Shown here: positions 58,801 to 64,000 of the stretch, piece after piece
Position numbering within the stretch: the first letter of the stretch is position 1
How the letters are laid out: every line of letters starts with the position of its first letter
NCBI GenBank assembly: GCA_046881825.1
Contig: JBKSMS010000009.1
Coordinates: 5,307 to 69,306 of the forward strand
DNA length: 64,000 nucleotides
Direction of reading: 5' to 3'
From: Alphaproteobacteria bacterium
GTDB taxonomy: Bacteria; Pseudomonadota; Alphaproteobacteria; Rs-D84
Notes under the pieces: model-generated
Told to the model about the DNA's origin: nothing
What the model saw: the letters and a program-made list of their open reading frames with translations, nothing else
Databases searched by the model: none
Translations under genes and position numbers: made by a program

Positions 58801-59263
58801 TACCTATTGGTCCAGCATGCGCCCCAGATAAACAAATTAAATCATCGCTGTATTTTTTTAATTCTGCCATAGTTATGTATGGTCCCAGATGATGATTAGA
58901 ATTGCGCATATACATAACACGACTAAGTTCACAAAGATTCAAATAACCTTTGTGATGTTTTGCCAATAATACAATTTTGGACAACGAAGATTGTCGTAAT
59001 ATTTTTGGATCAGCACTGTGATGATTCAAAGATATTTCAACACCAATAATAGGCTGTAATTTATTAGACGGCATAACATCTGAAAATTCTGCACATCCAG
59101 ACATCATATTTGTATCTGTCAAAGCACATGCAAACATATTATTGTCACGACAAAATTCTGGAATACCTTTTAATACACCCAATTTTTTATTACTGCCCAC
59201 CGGGATAGTACTTGCACCCACAGACACTTTTGAATGAACACGAAGATGCACAAAATCTGGCAT
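55829..59263 (-). CDS. dnaE: DNA polymerase III alpha subunit
   Basis: PHP domain FVHLRVHS, GRGSGAGS, FERFLNPDR, PDFDIDF, YAFNKSH, OB fold. Confidence 0.97.
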   Translation of the reverse strand: MPDFVHLRVHSKVSVGASTIPVGSNKKLGVLKGIPEFCRDNNMFACALTDTNMMSGCAEFSDVMPSNKLQPIIGVEISLNHHSADPKILRQSSLSKIVLLAKHHKGYLNLCELSRVMYMRNSNHHLGPYITMAELKKYSDDLICLSGAHAGPIGMAVLNNQNNTAFNLAQQFLDIFGDNFYIEIQRHGLDAEIKTEPVFLQIARDLNIPIVATNDVCFATPDGYEALDALGCVLGQTKVIDPDRPRKSVEQYFKSVDEMVELFSDLPEAIENTVNIAKRCAFFVNVHEKPLLPRFGADLKTECQMLRDATISGLKARLQEHKITDTAPYFEQAEYELGVIIGMGFPGYFLIVADYINWCRKNDILTGPGRGSGAGSIVAWALGITHVNPLKYGLLFERFLNPDRISMPDFDIDFEPTGIERVLDYVGKKYGRDSVCRIITFGSLQARGAVRDIGRVYGIPYSKSDRLSKLIPADAKTLKEALESSQEIRDVLDNDPDMAKVVCVAEDLEGSIRNLGQHACGVVIGDRPTTQIAPVYRDPANQLPSCQFDGHYLESAGLIKFDFLGLETLVVLKYTTKLIQQTHGINIDLDQIPTDDEKTLKLWQAGTTEGIFQFDAQFVQQTLKKMHPTSFLEISALNALNRPGPIAFIPQFIARMHGEEPVEYVHPRAEPVLKETYGIIVYQEQVMQLTRVLAGFTRGESDTVRKAMGKKKIELLAELEKKFLEGCKKEDTLDEKTAKDLWEKFKEFAKYAFNKSHAIAYSIVANQCAYLKAHFPAEFLAASMSSNMNDTDQLAIFVDDAKTNFNIQIVAPDINESESLFTVKNGKIIYALAAIKGVGTAATDAIVAEREAHGKFKNLTDFAKRCAPIINKRILEAFAKVGVLDSLEKNRALIFMNADAILAYASKSRENANSLSLFADTTEDDISEDRLLKDLPKTKPWTFSQKLENELSALGFYISAHPLDQYKHLIARAKLTTSQTLNDMADRKPVQVAVNVNSFSRRRTKTGKDMLTVNASDSFGNIECVAFGESSIELSQILNSETAVVISGKTSVRDDRVSVFMDSIIPLAQWVAKIAKTMTLDIRDKSVLENVKKVIAGLPSGNTKVILNLYSDNKSVSLALKNSVELGATTAKDLSALGIKVDIE

Positions 59264-59297
59264 ATTATGCTTTTCCTTCCTTTTTTGTGTTGCCGTT

Positions 59298-61928
59298 TTA
59301 ATTCAATTTTCCATGACAGTGTTTATATTTCAACCCGGAACCACACGGACACAACGCATTACGACTTATGTTCATGTTGCCCATATTATTACCAGCGGTA
59401 TTTTGATTAAGCTCGGAATCGTGCTGTGCATGTTGTTGTGCAGTTGCATCAACATTTTCACGCGTTAATTCCATGCGACAAATGTATGCAACAGACATTG
59501 TTTTGAAATTTTGAATCGTATTTTTAAACAATTCCAAAGATTCACTTTTGTATTCATACAAAGGATTCTTTTGAGCATATCCACGCAAACCAATTGCACC
59601 TTGTAAATAATCCATTTGTTGTAAATGTCTTTTCCATACAGAATCAAGCGCGCCCAACATCATCTGTTTTTGTGCCATTTGCATTAATTCAACACCATAT
59701 TTTTCTTTTTGTTGTTGATAACGACGCATAGCTAAATTAAACAATGTATTATACGCAGCGCGTTCGGATATGCTTTCGTCCGTTTTCCAATTATTAATAT
59801 CCGTAATATCCAAAGCGAATATACGCATCATATTATCGTGAATGCCTTCTGTGTTCCATGCAGATGGATGTGCCTTTTCTGGTATATTTCTTTCACAAAT
59901 CGATTCAACAACATCACCAACAAATTCTGTTATCAAAGGCTCTAAATTTTCAGAAGTCATCAATTCATCGCGTTGTTTATAAACGACTGTTCTTTGATCG
60001 TTCATAACATTATCGTATTTCAATAATTCTTTACGCGCTTCGAAATATCGTGCTTCTACACGCTTTTGTGCTTTTTCCAAAGCCTTGGTTATCCAAGGAT
60101 GTGTAATTGCTTCACCCGGTTTTAATCCCAAAGTGGTCAACATGTTTTGTAATCTTGCCGCACCAAATATACGCATCAAATCATCATCCAAAGCCAAAAA
60201 GAACTTTGAATCCCCAGGATCCCCCTGACGACCAGACCGACCACGCAACTGATTATCTATACGACGAGATTCATGTCTTTCTGTCCCAATTACATAAAGA
60301 CCACCAGCCTCCAGAACTATTTTCTTGTTTGCTTCGATTTTATCTATTATTTCTTTTTTCTTTTTTTCAAAATCAGGCGCTGTTTCATCTAATTCAGCAA
60401 TTAAATCATCAGCATTTCCACCCAATTTAATATCAGTTCCACGCCCCGCCATATTTGTTGCAATTGTGACTGCCCCAGGCGCACCGGCCTGTGATACTAT
60501 TTTTGCTTCGGATTCGTGATGTTTTGCATTTAACACCGCGGGCTTGATACCCAATTTTTTTTGGACTACCTTTGCCAGCTCTTCTGATTTTTCAATAGAA
60601 ACGGTTCCAACCAGCACAGGCTGTTTGCGTTCCATACATTCAGAAATCTGCTTTATGATCGCTTCGTATTTTTCTTCTTTGTTTCTATATATTTCATCAT
60701 GATGATCAATACGTGCCACAGGCTTATTAGTTGGGATAGACACGACACGCAATTTATATATTTCTTCAAATTCCGCAGCTTCGGTCATAGCTGTTCCAGT
60801 CATACCAGACAGAACAGGGTACATTCTGAATAAATTCTGATAAGAAATACTGGACACAGTTTGATTTTCAGGTTGAACAGCAACATGTTCTTTAGCTTCA
60901 ATAGCCTGATGTAACCCCTTGCCAAAACGACGTCCAGTCATTACACGACCAGTGAATTCATCAACAATTAAAACTTCACCGCCTCGAACAACATAATTCA
61001 CATTTTTTTCATACAAATGATGTGCCAGCAAAGACTGCTGTAAATGCATAACTATAACCGCATTTTCTGATGCGTATAAATTATCACCAGCCAAAATTCC
61101 TGCTTGTTTCAACAGTTCTGTCGCATGGTCCACACCAATTTCTGTCAAAGTCACATGTCTGTCTTTTTCATCGATTTTATAATCATCCGGATTTAATGCC
61201 GCAACTACAGAATCAACTTTGTTATACAAATCACTTGTGTCTTCCGCAGGTCCCGAAATAATAAGCGGTGTTCTTGCTTCGTCAATCAAAATACTATCTA
61301 CTTCATCAACAATAGCAAAAAAGAACGGGCGCAAAACTTGTTGTTCTTTGGTGAATTTCATATTATCGCGCAAATAATCAAAACCCAATTCTGAATTAGT
61401 CACATAAGTGATATCACAATTATAAGCAGCGCGCCTGTCTTCGTCAGACATATCATGTTGAATAATACCAACGGTCATACCCAAAAATCTGTAAACTTGA
61501 CCCATCCAACCCGCATCACGCGAAGCCAAATAATCATTAACGGTAATTAAATGTGCCCCTTTACCATACAAAGCCTTTAAATAAAGTGCCAGTGTAGCGA
61601 CCAAGGTTTTACCTTCACCGGTTTTCATTTCTGAAATTTGACCGTTGTTTAAAACCATCCCACCAATTAATTGCACATCAAAATGACGCAAACCAATAGA
61701 ACGTTTGCCAGCCTCACGCACAGCGGCAAAAACATCTGGTAAAATATCTTTTTCCTTTTCTCCTTTTGCCAACCGTTCGCGAAACACAGACGTCAAACCA
61801 TGAATTTCATCATCTGACATAGCCGCATATTTTGGCTCTAATTTATTTATTGTTGAAACAGTTTTTTCATATGATTTTACAATTCTATCGTTTGCAGAAC
61901 CCAATATTAACTTTAATACATTTTTCAT
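59298..61928 (-). CDS. secA: Preprotein translocase subunit SecA
   Basis: MKTGEGKT, DEVDSILIDEARTPL, TNMAGRGTDI, QLRGRSGRQG, SEC-C CPCGSGLKYKHCH. Confidence 0.98.
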   Translation of the reverse strand: MKNVLKLILGSANDRIVKSYEKTVSTINKLEPKYAAMSDDEIHGLTSVFRERLAKGEKEKDILPDVFAAVREAGKRSIGLRHFDVQLIGGMVLNNGQISEMKTGEGKTLVATLALYLKALYGKGAHLITVNDYLASRDAGWMGQVYRFLGMTVGIIQHDMSDEDRRAAYNCDITYVTNSELGFDYLRDNMKFTKEQQVLRPFFFAIVDEVDSILIDEARTPLIISGPAEDTSDLYNKVDSVVAALNPDDYKIDEKDRHVTLTEIGVDHATELLKQAGILAGDNLYASENAVIVMHLQQSLLAHHLYEKNVNYVVRGGEVLIVDEFTGRVMTGRRFGKGLHQAIEAKEHVAVQPENQTVSSISYQNLFRMYPVLSGMTGTAMTEAAEFEEIYKLRVVSIPTNKPVARIDHHDEIYRNKEEKYEAIIKQISECMERKQPVLVGTVSIEKSEELAKVVQKKLGIKPAVLNAKHHESEAKIVSQAGAPGAVTIATNMAGRGTDIKLGGNADDLIAELDETAPDFEKKKKEIIDKIEANKKIVLEAGGLYVIGTERHESRRIDNQLRGRSGRQGDPGDSKFFLALDDDLMRIFGAARLQNMLTTLGLKPGEAITHPWITKALEKAQKRVEARYFEARKELLKYDNVMNDQRTVVYKQRDELMTSENLEPLITEFVGDVVESICERNIPEKAHPSAWNTEGIHDNMMRIFALDITDINNWKTDESISERAAYNTLFNLAMRRYQQQKEKYGVELMQMAQKQMMLGALDSVWKRHLQQMDYLQGAIGLRGYAQKNPLYEYKSESLELFKNTIQNFKTMSVAYICRMELTRENVDATAQQHAQHDSELNQNTAGNNMGNMNISRNALCPCGSGLKYKHCHGKLN

Positions 61929-62092
61929 TTTACTTTTCCTTACCGTTCTTTCCAGACTCGCCACCCTAAATCGTATAGTTTATAGCAATTTTTAAGCCCC
62001 CGGTCAAGCCACTTTATTCCATATAATGAATATTTTTAAAAAAACAAGATTAAAAAAGAAAAAGCCCGTAGAAACAGGCTTTTTATAACATT

Positions 62093-64000
62093 TTAATTTG
62101 CTAATTCTGGACAAGTAGATTTATCACAGACATTATAAACGTTACCGTCTGGGTGCACAATATGCATTTTCTTTTCAGAACCATAATGTATCTTCTTATC
62201 AGAATCCAAAGACAACATCATATAATATGGTTCTGCGTTTTTATCGCTTCTGCTAACTCGAACAGCAGGCGTTTGGCTCGTTGGGCGTTTTTCATACAAA
62301 CACACCTTGTCATATTCGCCATCACCAATGTGCAACCAATGTTCATGTCCTGGTTCATTACACAGTGTTGTATCATCTTCACAAACCAAATTTCCGTACA
62401 ACACTATATCTTCACCTTCCTCATCAATCGCCAGAGCAGGGGTATGAGTCACAGGTTCACCAGCAAAGTCTTCGTTGTCATACCATCCTCTAAATTCACA
62501 ATTTGACCATGACACTTCTGGATATTCCACAGGTTCATCCCCAGGTCTATATGTATTTGGTCTCAGCTCATTCACATTTATTTCTTGTTCGTCATATATC
62601 ACTCTGTTCTGTCCTGTGCCATTTCTATAAACACGATATTCTATATTGTATTCCAAATTAGAACAGTCTTTTACTGGTGTACACGTCACAGTCGTATTCG
62701 GCACTAAAACCTTTATATAATCATAATCTTCTTCTTCATCTTCCACATAAGGTCTGTAATCCAGTCGTGAACCAGTATAATCTCCACAATGCCATAACGA
62801 GAATTCACAGTTACCAATCTCACAATAGGTGCCTTCTGCAGTCAGAACATCCGCATCTTCCGGTTCTTTATGAGTTTCTGCCCAACCTGTTAAACAATTA
62901 AACTTTATCTTACCAGCTGGTTTCCATTTTGCATACAACATCACATCACAATTTGCGAACCCATCTTCATCCCATTGTGCCGATATCCTATCTGTCTGTT
63001 CAACAAGCACAGAGCTCGTTGGTGGATTTGTTCGCAAACTATTACCCGGCAAACTTGTCACTGCATTACCAGTTCCTTCTGAATTACCATACCAACCATC
63101 AAACACATAATAAGGTGCTTCCCCCTTATCATCATGCTCTGCCAACGGCACACCCGCATCGATCGTATCAACATCAAATTCATACAACGGTTCTCTTCTA
63201 TCATTTGTATCCCATTGACCACCTTTAACAGTAAAATCATAACAAACATTATATATCTTCTTCTTACACACAGCATACAATGTCAAACCTTCGTCTTTTG
63301 TCCAAGAATCATATGTTCCAACAGAATAATTAACACCATCTTCTGTTACATTATCTTCATCATCTGTCCAGCCAACAAATTCATATCCAACAGGTACAAT
63401 CAGGTTATTTATATCTGTAATGTTCTTGATTTCATACCCAGCACCATATTGCAAAGCATTTGCAAATTCTTTATATGTTCCACTACAGCTCCCAGCTTCA
63501 TATTTAATGTTATATCTGTGTGGTTCCCACTGCATTGTACAGGTTGTATCTTGCCGTATATCTTTGAAGGAATCACCAGGGATAAGTTCCTCCGTCTTAT
63601 ACCCGCCATTACAAGCCCACAAAGTAGGTGAATACCCAAACCTTACACAAGCATCCTGCTCGTTCAATTGGTTATCCGAAGTAATTACATCTGCATCATA
63701 ATGATAAGCTGTGTTATCTTCTGGTGTCCGACAGCCCGTAGTATCGCTATTGTCGCACGAAGTGCCACTGTCACAATTATACAACACATGATATTCATCC
63801 TCTATCCATTGTGCTGTACATCTTGCATCCGCCGCCAACATTTCAAAACGATTTGTATTTTGACTTATTGGCAATTCAGTATGATTATCATCATCTGCAA
63901 CACAATTCCATTTATCAAAATGATAACCTATCTTTTTGCAAGTATTTGCTTCGTTCAGCGGAACAGGGACCGTATCAGTAATATGATATATAGTATCATC
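62093..64000 (-). CDS. 5'-truncated large repeat surface protein (InlB B-repeat-like) with conserved C-terminal domain
   Basis: Frame stays open to the window edge (DDTIYHITD...GYHFDKWNC...); repeats GYEFVGW...LYA, FDGWY...LYAKW; C-terminus shared with 10868-15472. Confidence 0.85.
   Translation of the reverse strand, partial: DDTIYHITDTVPVPLNEANTCKKIGYHFDKWNCVADDDNHTELPISQNTNRFEMLAADARCTAQWIEDEYHVLYNCDSGTSCDNSDTTGCRTPEDNTAYHYDADVITSDNQLNEQDACVRFGYSPTLWACNGGYKTEELIPGDSFKDIRQDTTCTMQWEPHRYNIKYEAGSCSGTYKEFANALQYGAGYEIKNITDINNLIVPVGYEFVGWTDDEDNVTEDGVNYSVGTYDSWTKDEGLTLYAVCKKKIYNVCYDFTVKGGQWDTNDRREPLYEFDVDTIDAGVPLAEHDDKGEAPYYVFDGWYGNSEGTGNAVTSLPGNSLRTNPPTSSVLVEQTDRISAQWDEDGFANCDVMLYAKWKPAGKIKFNCLTGWAETHKEPEDADVLTAEGTYCEIGNCEFSLWHCGDYTGSRLDYRPYVEDEEEDYDYIKVLVPNTTVTCTPVKDCSNLEYNIEYRVYRNGTGQNRVIYDEQEINVNELRPNTYRPGDEPVEYPEVSWSNCEFRGWYDNEDFAGEPVTHTPALAIDEEGEDIVLYGNLVCEDDTTLCNEPGHEHWLHIGDGEYDKVCLYEKRPTSQTPAVRVSRSDKNAEPYYMMLSLDSDKKIHYGSEKKMHIVHPDGNVYNVCDKSTCPELAN

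Overview
Gene-dense, AT-rich chromosomal segment of an alphaproteobacterium. DUF1013/TrcR, DUF2155, a TipN-like coiled coil, AddA and RNase J support the class. The lineage-specific Cys-rich exported proteins suggest a reduced, host/gut-associated lineage such as Rs-D84/'Enterousia' (inference). The housekeeping backbone is xerC, trpS, rpsD, rnj, frameshifted prfB, amiC, fused accD-accA, cysS, rpoD, split addA, recN, xseA, tsaD, rpsP-rimM-trmD-rplS, pfkA, dnaK, rplY, rsmD, tadA, gpmI, rsmH, dnaE and secA, plus four tRNAs. Accessory genes are scattered through it. No CRISPR array, IS or prophage was seen. Strongest unexplained signals: (1) about ten mostly unrelated, dispersed accessory proteins end in Arg, mostly [N/H]-x-R-stop, encoded by five different Arg codons, a candidate secretion/targeting signal; (2) two large repeat surface proteins share an ~80-90 aa C-terminal domain, a candidate sorting domain; (3) a tRNA-Ser-linked islet carries a MuF-like/PG-binding/Tlde1 wall toxin, a membrane immunity candidate and a hidden pseudogenised paralogue; (4) a multi-stem RNA leader precedes a lysozyme-like gene; (5) RpoD has non-canonical promoter-melting residues. 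All family assignments come from motif recognition by eye; no searches were run.
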